From Pirellula staleyi DSM 6068 (GTDB lineage Bacteria > Planctomycetota > Planctomycetia > Pirellulales > Pirellulaceae), in contig CP001848.1 of assembly GCA_000025185.1 (NCBI GenBank), forward strand, positions 930,001-962,000: a DNA stretch of 32,000 nt, written 5' to 3'. The notes beneath the pieces are model-generated. The model was not told where the DNA came from and did no database searches. It saw only the letters and a list, made by a program, of their open reading frames with translations. Made by a program: the position numbers and the translations under genes. Below, piece after piece: positions 25,188 through 32,000 of the stretch; within the stretch, counting starts at the first letter, position 1, and each line of letters begins with the position of its first letter.

Positions 25188-27083
25188 ATGCGAGCAGCGT
25201 TGATCGGCGGCTGGATGGTTGCATGGGGAATCTTGATCTTGGCTCCTTACGCCCTGGCCGATGAAAAGAGGGAGGAGCAAAAATCCGCTCCACCCGCCAT
25301 AACGTTTTCGCTGATCGATCTGGAGGGGGCGATTCATGCGCTTCAGCAGAACGATAGCAGACGGGTTCGGGCGTTCGTTTTCCTCTCCACCGAATGCCCT
25401 GTCTCCAACGGGTACCTCCAGACGCTCAACGCGCTGCATGCCAGGAATGCCAAATCTGCCAAGTCGGCTGAACTCTTCGGGGTTGTCTCCGATCCAACGG
25501 TCACGCGCAGCCAAGCCGCGCAGCACTTTGCGGAATACAAGACGGAGTTCCCGATCCTGTTCGATGCATCGGGGCTCCTTGCGCACGTACTGAAACCGTC
25601 GCATGTCCCCGAGGCCTTCGTGCTCGATCAGCGGGGAACTCTTGTTTATCGAGGAGCGATCGACAATGCGTGGGAAGCGATCGCGCGGCGACGCCCCCAA
25701 GCCGAGAAAGAGTTTTTGGCCGACGCCATCACAGCCGCCTGCCAAGATAAGCCGATTGAAATCGCAACGACTAAACCGGTTGGCTGCCTGTTCGAGACAC
25801 CCCCTTCGGGCGACGAAAAAGCGACCGTCACCTACAGCCGCGACATCGCGCCGATCATTCAAACCCGCTGCCTGAACTGTCATCGCGAAGGACAGGTCGC
25901 CCCCTTCGCACTCGCCAACTACGAGCAAACCGCCAAGCGCGCCAAGCAGATTGCTCGAGTCACGCACGACCGAATCATGCCCCCTTGGATCCCCTCGCCA
26001 GGTCACGACAAATTCGTGGCCGAGCGATGGCTGACCGATCGAGAACTCGAGCTCTTCAAAGTCTGGTCCGAAACGGGTCGCGCCAAGGGAGAGGAGGCTG
26101 ATTTGCCTCCGACACCGAAGTTCGCCGAAGGCTGGCAACTCGGTCAGCCAGACCTGATTGTGAAGATGACGGAGCCGTTCACCATTCCCGCCGACGGCCC
26201 CGACTTGCTTCAGAATTTCGTCGTTCCGATCACCATTCCCGAGGATAAGCTGGTTGCTGCCGTCGAGTTCCATCCCGGCAACAAACGGGTCGCCCATCAC
26301 GCGGTGCTGTTCCTCGACGATAGCAAAACGGCTCGCAAACTCGATCAGGCAACCCCTGAGCCCGGCTATGCCAATTTCGGTGGGCCAGGATTTCTCCCCT
26401 CCGGTGCGCTTGGCGGCTGGTCAGTCGGCAATACACCCCGACCACTCCCCAACGGCATGGGACGCTATCTCAAACAAGGCTCCGACCTGATCGTGCAGAT
26501 GCACTATCACCCGACCGGCAAAACGGAAACCGATCAGTCGGAGATGGGGCTCTATTTCGTGAATAAGCCGGTCGCTGAGTCGCTGAAAGAACCAGCCAAA
26601 CTTGTTGGAAGCATCTGGATGGCGAACTACGAAATGGATATCGCGGCCGGTGAAAAAAACTATCGCCGCACCACGTCGTACACGCTCCCCCAAGAGGTGA
26701 TCATGGTCGGCGTCGTCCCCCATATGCACCTCCTCGGTAAATCGATGAAGGTCACCGCGATACTACCGGACAAAAGCGTGAAGACGCTCATCGACATTCA
26801 GAACTGGAACTACCACTGGCAGGACGAATATTACTACGAGCGCCCCTTCAAACTCCCCGCCGGAACCCGGCTCGATGTGGCAGCTGTGTTCGACAATTCC
26901 GCCGACAATCCCTCCAATCCAAGTTCGCCGCCGAAACGTGTAACCTGGGGCGAGGGTACCACCGACGAGATGCTCTTCTGCTTCTTCCTGCTGTCCGCTG
27001 AAAAGACGGAAGACCTGATCCACGTCATCTTCGACAACTTGAAGCACGACACCCAGCAGCCCCGTAAGATGGTGGAACCATGA
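25188..27083 (+). CDS. Secreted fusion protein: thioredoxin-like (redoxin) domain + CxxCH haem-binding segment + PHM/DBH-like type II copper monooxygenase domain
   Basis: Start at ATG 25188 (AGGAG 8-12 nt upstream; signal peptide MRAALIGGWMVAWGILILAPYALA). FVFLSTECPVSNGY (redoxin-like). SRDIAPIIQTRCLNCHREGQVAPFAL with CLNCH at 25869-25883. HHAVLF (26295-26300), QMHYHPTG, VPHMHLLGKSM and TTDEMLFCFF fit the CuH (H,H,H) and CuM (HxH...M) ligand patterns of peptidylglycine/dopamine monooxygenases. Confidence 0.75.
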   Translation: MRAALIGGWMVAWGILILAPYALADEKREEQKSAPPAITFSLIDLEGAIHALQQNDSRRVRAFVFLSTECPVSNGYLQTLNALHARNAKSAKSAELFGVVSDPTVTRSQAAQHFAEYKTEFPILFDASGLLAHVLKPSHVPEAFVLDQRGTLVYRGAIDNAWEAIARRRPQAEKEFLADAITAACQDKPIEIATTKPVGCLFETPPSGDEKATVTYSRDIAPIIQTRCLNCHREGQVAPFALANYEQTAKRAKQIARVTHDRIMPPWIPSPGHDKFVAERWLTDRELELFKVWSETGRAKGEEADLPPTPKFAEGWQLGQPDLIVKMTEPFTIPADGPDLLQNFVVPITIPEDKLVAAVEFHPGNKRVAHHAVLFLDDSKTARKLDQATPEPGYANFGGPGFLPSGALGGWSVGNTPRPLPNGMGRYLKQGSDLIVQMHYHPTGKTETDQSEMGLYFVNKPVAESLKEPAKLVGSIWMANYEMDIAAGEKNYRRTTSYTLPQEVIMVGVVPHMHLLGKSMKVTAILPDKSVKTLIDIQNWNYHWQDEYYYERPFKLPAGTRLDVAAVFDNSADNPSNPSSPPKRVTWGEGTTDEMLFCFFLLSAEKTEDLIHVIFDNLKHDTQQPRKMVEP

Positions 27084-27742
27084 TCGTAACACTACCTGCG
27101 GTTCGACCGCCCACCAACGCTACCGAGGAAAGCCTGCTCGATCACGCCCTGACCCTCTTTGCCGAAAAGGGGTACGAGGCGGCGAGCGTCAGAGAGATCA
27201 TCGAGGCGACCGGTGTGACTCGCCCCGTGCTCTACTACTACTGCTCGAGCAAGGAAGACTTGTTCCAGCGACTGGTGCACTGGAAGCATGACGAGGCCTA
27301 TCGCGAACTGGGCCGGATCGTGGAGGAGACGAAAGGCTGCCCCCACCGTTTGCGTGCGATCATTCGTGGATCGTTTGCTTTCTGTGCCGCCGATCCACGT
27401 GTTCCCAAAGTGATGTTCCAAACGACTTTTGGTCCGACGATACCGGGCATTTCCGAGTTCATGGCCGAGGTTGCTAAGCTCCGGTTCTTGATTGTCCATC
27501 AGGTGATGCAAGAAGGGCTAGAAGCCGGAGAACTCCAGGGTGGAGATGCCGCCTCGCTGTCGCTGATTTTTTGTTGCATCATGGATCAGCATATCAATGT
27601 GCTGGCTCGCATGCCCAAGCCTAAAAAGCGGCTGTCCCCGGAACTGGCCGACTCCCTCGTGGATGTTTTTCTCAACGGCTTGGGAGCGGGAAAGCGCAAG
27701 CAAGTTTCGCTCCCACCGTTCGTGGCCAGTCCACTCCTTTAA
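27080..27742 (+). CDS. TetR/AcrR family transcriptional regulator
   Basis: LLDHALTLFAEKGYEAASVREIIEATGVTRPVLYYYCSSKEDLF is the TetR N-terminal HTH signature. Its ATG overlaps the upstream stop (ATGA). Confidence 0.88.
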   Translation: MIVTLPAVRPPTNATEESLLDHALTLFAEKGYEAASVREIIEATGVTRPVLYYYCSSKEDLFQRLVHWKHDEAYRELGRIVEETKGCPHRLRAIIRGSFAFCAADPRVPKVMFQTTFGPTIPGISEFMAEVAKLRFLIVHQVMQEGLEAGELQGGDAASLSLIFCCIMDQHINVLARMPKPKKRLSPELADSLVDVFLNGLGAGKRKQVSLPPFVASPLL

Positions 27743-27759
27743 CCGATCCGCGAGCAGCG

Positions 27760-28509
27760 ATGAGCCAAGAACCTGCGACTTCAGACAAAGCGTCGACTGA
27801 TCGAGAGTTGCATTCGCAGGAGAAGATCTGGAAGCATTTTCAGAATGCAGCGAAGGGGTCGTTTGAGCTGGCGTGGCCACGGCTCGATGCGCTGGTGCGC
27901 AAGACGGCGCGGTTGGTGGCGCGGCTGCCGGGCGAGCGAGCCAGGCGGCCGGTCGTGCTGAACATCGGCGTGGGTGATGGCCGCTTCGAGCAGCAAGCAG
28001 CAGCGCGAGGCTGGGAAGTTCACTCGCTCGACCCTGATGCCGAAGCGCTGGCGCGGCTGAAGTCGGCGGGCGTTACGACCCACGTCGGCATCATCGAGCA
28101 GTTGCCGCAGGAGGATAGCTCGATCGATGTGGTGATCGCATCGGAAGTGCTCGAGCATCTGACCGACGCACAGCGGCGCGCAGGATTGGCCGAAATTGCG
28201 CGCGTCTTACGAGCGGGGGGAACTTTTTTAGGGACCGTTCCGTACGCGGAAGACCTCGCTGCAGGGGAAGTGATTTGCCCCGACTGCGGCCTTGTGTTTC
28301 ATCGCTGGGGACATCACCGATCGTTTCAAAATGGCGATATTTCGAGGGAATTATCGCCTTTTTTCAGCAGTGTGCAGGAAAGCCGCACGGCGTTTGTTTC
28401 GTTCTCGCGCGGGATCGTGGGGAATCTTAAATCAGTCGCGCGGTGGCTCCTGGCGAAGCTTGGTCAGCCGATCGCTGTCCCCTCGATTGTATGGCAAGCG
28501 ACGAAGTGA
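27760..28509 (+). CDS. Class I SAM-dependent methyltransferase
   Basis: VLNIGVGDGRF (motif I), EVHSLDPD (motif II), IDVVIASEVLEHL and LRAGGTFLGTVP match the Methyltransf_11/23-type layout. Confidence 0.8.
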   Translation: MSQEPATSDKASTDRELHSQEKIWKHFQNAAKGSFELAWPRLDALVRKTARLVARLPGERARRPVVLNIGVGDGRFEQQAAARGWEVHSLDPDAEALARLKSAGVTTHVGIIEQLPQEDSSIDVVIASEVLEHLTDAQRRAGLAEIARVLRAGGTFLGTVPYAEDLAAGEVICPDCGLVFHRWGHHRSFQNGDISRELSPFFSSVQESRTAFVSFSRGIVGNLKSVARWLLAKLGQPIAVPSIVWQATK

Positions 28510-28512
28510 AGC

Positions 28513-29424
28513 TCACGCACCTTGATACGCGCGCTCGAGCTCGGCGATATCGAACTTTTTCATCTGCATGAAGGCGGCGGTCACGCGGTCGGCTTTCGCG
28601 CGGTCGGGGTCGCTGATCATCGTGTGCAACACGCGCGGCACCACTTGCCACGACACACCAAACTTATCTTTCAGCCAACCACACTGGCTCTCCTGGCCAC
28701 CATCGGCGACGAGCTTTGACCAGTAGTAATCGACGTCGGCTTGCGACTCGACGTGGATCATGAGCGAGAAAGCTTCGTTGAAGTTAAACGCGTGGGAGTA
28801 GGCGTTCTCCATGATCATGAACTTCTCGCCTTGCAAAGCGAACTGAGCATGTTTAACGGACCCGGCGCGCTCGGTCCCTCCAGCTTCGTGCCGCAGAATG
28901 CCGTCGATCGATGAGCGCGGGAAGATCGAGGTGTAGAGGTTTACCGCCTCTTCGCCACGACCATACTGCTCGCCGACGAACATGAAACTGGGGGTGATTT
29001 TCTGGCCGACGTCGGACAATTTGCCGAGGGCGATTTGCCAGTTCACGCCAAATCGATCGCAAACCCAGCCGTACTTTTCGCTCCACTCCTGCTTGGCAAG
29101 GGGCATCATCGCGAGGCCACCTTCGGCCAGTTTTTCCCAAAGACGATCGATTTCCTCTTCGGTTTCGCAGATCACGAAGAAAGAGATCGACGGATTGAGT
29201 TTGAACATCGGCCCACCATTGAGCCCGACGATCCGAAAGCCGGCGATTTCAAACTCAACTGTCAGCGGCGTGCCGACGTCGAGTCCGGTGAGCTTGCTGC
29301 TTGCTTCGCCGGTGGCGACGTTGCCGCAAAGTCGGCTGTTGTCGAACAGCGAGGTGTAGAGCCGCGCGGCATCGAGCGCCGCGGCATCGAACCATAAGCA
29401 GGGAACTATCAGCTGCGGAGACAT
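28513..29424 (-). CDS. Tandem VOC-superfamily protein (two PhnB/3-demethylubiquinone-9 3-methyltransferase-like domains)
   Basis: PCLWFDAAALDAARLYTSLF ... KYGWVCDRFGVNWQI, and a second ...CGWLKDKFGVSWQVVP. Both halves carry the family's characteristic start and end blocks. Confidence 0.8.
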   Translation of the reverse strand: MSPQLIVPCLWFDAAALDAARLYTSLFDNSRLCGNVATGEASSKLTGLDVGTPLTVEFEIAGFRIVGLNGGPMFKLNPSISFFVICETEEEIDRLWEKLAEGGLAMMPLAKQEWSEKYGWVCDRFGVNWQIALGKLSDVGQKITPSFMFVGEQYGRGEEAVNLYTSIFPRSSIDGILRHEAGGTERAGSVKHAQFALQGEKFMIMENAYSHAFNFNEAFSLMIHVESQADVDYYWSKLVADGGQESQCGWLKDKFGVSWQVVPRVLHTMISDPDRAKADRVTAAFMQMKKFDIAELERAYQGA

Positions 29425-29515
29425 CTGGGCACCTCATTTTTTCGTAGATCGCAAGCTCACACGGTCGCGCCGATTGATTTCTCAGGCGCGACGCCGATAG
29501 CACCGAAACGTGCGG

Positions 29516-30079
29516 TTACTTCTTCACCCGCTTGGAGACACCGGTCATCATGGTGAACCAGGTTCCGTCTTCCATTTGCATCTTCGACGTGGCGTGCACT
29601 TCGTCGGCTGACACGAACTCATAGATGTCGACGAACTTGGCAGTTTTCCCTTCGGCCATGAAGTTCGGACCTTCGGCGTAGAGCGAAAGCTTTTTGCCCG
29701 ACTTGTCGACTTCTCCTTCGTACTTCCAGAGGTGGTTGAAGGCCGAATCGACCCAGGTGCCGACATACTTTTTCTTGGCCGGATCGTAGCCGAGGGTCAG
29801 CAGTCCGGTCATTTTTCCTTCGGGCATGCTGCAGGTAACATCAGCCACCATCCAATGCTCGCCGAGCAAGCGAGCCGTCAGCGACGCTTGGCATTTGGTC
29901 GTGTCATCGGGCCCCAGTTTGCACTCGTTAGTTCCTTCCCAAGTGCCGACGAAATTCTTCAGAAACGCATGCTCGGGAAGCGCCACCGGGGCGGGTGGAG
30001 CGGGTTCGGCTGCCAGTAGCGAGGCGACCAGCGAAGTTCCCAGGAGCGTCAGCAGAGCAGCGGCGAAGTAGCGTGACAT
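29516..30079 (-). CDS. DUF1579-like secreted protein
   Basis: Signal peptide MSRYFAAALLTLLGTSLVASLLAA. FVGTWEG...GEHWMV...LGYDPAKKKYVGTWVDS... resembles DUF1579. Recognised by eye only. Confidence 0.6.
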   Translation of the reverse strand: MSRYFAAALLTLLGTSLVASLLAAEPAPPAPVALPEHAFLKNFVGTWEGTNECKLGPDDTTKCQASLTARLLGEHWMVADVTCSMPEGKMTGLLTLGYDPAKKKYVGTWVDSAFNHLWKYEGEVDKSGKKLSLYAEGPNFMAEGKTAKFVDIYEFVSADEVHATSKMQMEDGTWFTMMTGVSKRVKK

Positions 30080-30417
30080 CAGTAAGGTTCCTTCTGAAAA
30101 AAGCGGGGCAAAAATGGAGGATTGGGTGATTTTGGGGAGCGACGACTGACCCCTCCACAGGTGGTCGCCTTAACATATACTCTTGTACATATTCAGGCAA
30201 GTCGTTTTAATGATCCATGGAGGTTGCTAGTTTAAGGGCGCAGTAGCAGCCATGCATCGGCTGCAATGAAGTGTGCCACTGGGCTCTGCCCCGTGGGAAG
30301 TGTAAAGGGGCTCTCTATGTTGTTGGCAAATTTCGCCAAAAACATCGGTTCCAACGTCAGCACTGGCAAGATGCCAGTGGCACCCCATCAACCTGACATG
30401 GATTGAAAGGCGGACTG

Positions 30418-30858
30418 CTAGGACGTGGGTGGCATGGGTGGTGTGGGGACCATCAGCATCCATCCGAGGTTGAATTTGTCGGTCACTTGTCCGTAGAGGG
30501 GAGACCAGAAGGTTTCGACGAGTGGCATGTCGACCTTGCCCCCTTCGGCCAAGGCGTTGAAGGCTTTGGTGACTTCGGCGGCGGTGGGTAGTGTGAGGGC
30601 GAGTCGAAAGCCGGAGAAGGTCGACTTGTCGTCACAGCCGTCGGAAGCAAACAGTGTGATGCCGTGGATTTGAAACGAGGCATGCATCACTTTGTTCTCA
30701 AAACCGTCTTGCAGCATGCCGGGAGGTGCCGCCACCGGGGACTCGCTAAATCGCATCACCATGTCGACTTTGGCGCCGAGCTGTTTGGTGTAGAAGTCGA
30801 GGGCTTCTTCGGCGCGGCCGCCAAAAAAGAGATAAGGAATGATCGAGGTTTCGGACAT
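30418..30858 (-). CDS. VOC family protein, PhnB-like
   Basis: IPYLFFGGRAEEALDFYTKQLGAKV, MHASFQIHGITLFASDG and YGQVTDKFNLGWML match PhnB/glyoxalase-fold family blocks. Confidence 0.8.
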   Translation of the reverse strand: MSETSIIPYLFFGGRAEEALDFYTKQLGAKVDMVMRFSESPVAAPPGMLQDGFENKVMHASFQIHGITLFASDGCDDKSTFSGFRLALTLPTAAEVTKAFNALAEGGKVDMPLVETFWSPLYGQVTDKFNLGWMLMVPTPPMPPTS

Positions 30859-30942
30859 GGAATTTCTCGCTACGCTGGAAGTGATCGGACGCGAAGAGAA
30901 GCGGGTAAAGGTTGCTAATCTGATTAGTAGTCGAAATCGTGC

Positions 30943-30965
30943 GGGCGAGATCGACAGCGTTTTTT
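30943..30965 (+). repeat. 23-nt perfect direct repeat, left copy (GGGCGAGATCGACAGCGTTTTTT)
   Basis: Identical to 31133-31155, with 190-nt spacing. Confidence 0.9.
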
Positions 30966-31059
30966 TTGGGAGTCGTACTGCCTCTATCGATCTAGGTCAT
31001 TGGCCTTGGGTGGCTCTGTTGTGCAAAGCTGAGCACAGCTTTGACAGCAGAGAACCGCA

Positions 31060-31090
31060 CACTGCTGGGCAAGCCAGCTAGTAGCCACCC
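31060..31090 (+). repeat. Composite repeat core, copy D
   Basis: CACTGCTGGGCAAGCCAGCTAGTAGCCACCC differs by 1 nt from the cores at 5401-5431 and 7473-7503. Confidence 0.85.
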
Positions 31091-31132
31091 GGCGCGGTAG
31101 TGCCACTCGACGTGGTAGAGCCAACCGGCGGG

Positions 31133-31155
31133 GGCGAGATCGACAGCGTTTTTTC
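31133..31155 (+). repeat. 23-nt perfect direct repeat, right copy
   Basis: Identical to 30943-30965. Ends 15 nt from the stop codon (31170-31172) of the YciI-like gene. Confidence 0.9.
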
Positions 31156-31169
31156 GGAAGTAGCGCGGC

Positions 31170-31919
31170 TTAGACGAGCTGTGTCAGTTCGAAAATCGGG
31201 CGGACTTCGACCCCGGAGATCCGAGCGCCGGGATGTTCAGCGGCGTAAGCGACCGCTTCTTCGAGGCTCTCGGCGGTGATGATATAGAAACCACCCAGCA
31301 CTTCGCGCGTTTCGGCGTAAGGGCCATCGGTGATTAGTTTTTGGCCGTTGCGAACGCGGACGCAGGTGGCGGTCGAAACGCTATGCAGCGGCGAAGCGCT
31401 CAGGAACTTTCCCCGAGCATGCAGCTTGTTGGTGAGTGTAACCGCCTCTTGCATCGCCCCTTGGAGCGCGTCTTGGCCCAGTTTGAGCCACGCTTCTTCG
31501 TCGTCGTAGCAGAGGAACATGAACTTTTTGAGCCCGTGCCCTTTGGTTCGATGATCGAGGTAGCGCGACGGTGGGAGTCCCTCGAGCGTCATCAGCGGAC
31601 GGATCTCGACGGTTCCCTTTTTCGCAGGGGGCAACTTCGCGGCGACCGCAATCGCTTCATCGAGATTGGGGACGTCGATCAGGTAGTAGCCACCGAGATA
31701 CTCGGCTGTTTCGGCGAACGGTCCGGTGGTGACGAGCGTTTGTCCATGACGAACTCGCACCGAAGCAGCGGTGGTGACCGACTCGAGTGGCGACGCGGTG
31801 ATGAACGCTCCACTCGCTTCGAGCTCGTCGCAGACCGCCATCGAGTCGCGCATGCACTCTTCCCGCTCGTCGGGGGTCCAGGCATCCTCGGCACCATAGA
31901 TTAGAAGCATGTAGTTCAT
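31170..31919 (-). CDS. Tandem YciI (YCII/DGPF) domain protein
   Basis: MNYMLLIYGAEDAW...TTGPFAETAEYLGGYYLIDVPNLDEAIAVAAKLP, and a second half FMFLCYDDEEAW...TDGPYAETREVLGGFYIITAESLEEAVAYAAEHP. Both carry YCII-family signatures. Confidence 0.85.
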   Translation of the reverse strand: MNYMLLIYGAEDAWTPDEREECMRDSMAVCDELEASGAFITASPLESVTTAASVRVRHGQTLVTTGPFAETAEYLGGYYLIDVPNLDEAIAVAAKLPPAKKGTVEIRPLMTLEGLPPSRYLDHRTKGHGLKKFMFLCYDDEEAWLKLGQDALQGAMQEAVTLTNKLHARGKFLSASPLHSVSTATCVRVRNGQKLITDGPYAETREVLGGFYIITAESLEEAVAYAAEHPGARISGVEVRPIFELTQLV

Positions 31920-32000
31920 CGGGTCGTTCTCGCTCGAAAGAGGAGGTTTCTGAAGGGTAGATTTTAATCGATCGCGAGCCTGTTTGCCGCAAGCGATTCA

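Noticed and set aside
30227-30463. 78-aa ORF (-) in the 338-nt spacer between the DUF1579 and PhnB-like genes, and 30839..31081 (+), an 80-aa ORF spanning the repeat region.
   Set aside because: No motifs and atypical composition. The ORFs overlap a neighbouring gene end or repeat sequences. Most likely non-coding.
1-32000. Scan for tRNA/rRNA/tmRNA/RNase P signatures, CRISPR arrays, integrases, transposases and prophage genes.
   Set aside because: No T-loop (GGTTCGAATCC-like) context, no regularly spaced direct repeats, and no recombinase-like ORFs were seen. This was an eye scan only, so a proper tRNAscan/Infernal/CRISPR search could still find small RNAs.

Overview
High-GC (about 60% by hand counts of sample lines) chromosomal segment. 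The gene content and domain fusions suggest a planctomycete, Pirellulales-like genome; that is inference only. About 27 credible CDSs are mostly housekeeping or metabolic: UvrD/PcrA 3' end, OYE-type flavin oxidoreductase, DAACS transporter, PmoA-family protein, pfk, a beta-propeller/di-haem peroxidase fusion, miaB, panD, glpK-glpD, an FAH-family hydrolase, a radical SAM protein, a thioredoxin/haem/PHM-like copper monooxygenase fusion with TetR and a methyltransferase, and a run of VOC/PhnB, DUF1579 and YciI genes. No rRNA, tRNA, CRISPR array, integrase or transposase was seen. The clearest anomaly is a roughly 2.1 kb low-GC islet (about 16850-18990; sample lines 38-48% GC) between a native hypothetical gene and glpD. 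It carries a translationally coupled two-gene operon: an unrecognisable 278-aa protein plus a 266-aa FRG-domain protein. The islet's right edge abuts a cluster of three REP-like hairpin elements. I flag this pair as a candidate uncharacterised defence or abortive-infection-type module. Other accessory-type signals are an orphan 919-aa type ISP/IIG-like N6-adenine DNA methyltransferase without nuclease or helicase partners, and a composite intergenic repeat family present at four or more loci. All homology calls rest on motif recognition by eye; no searches were run.
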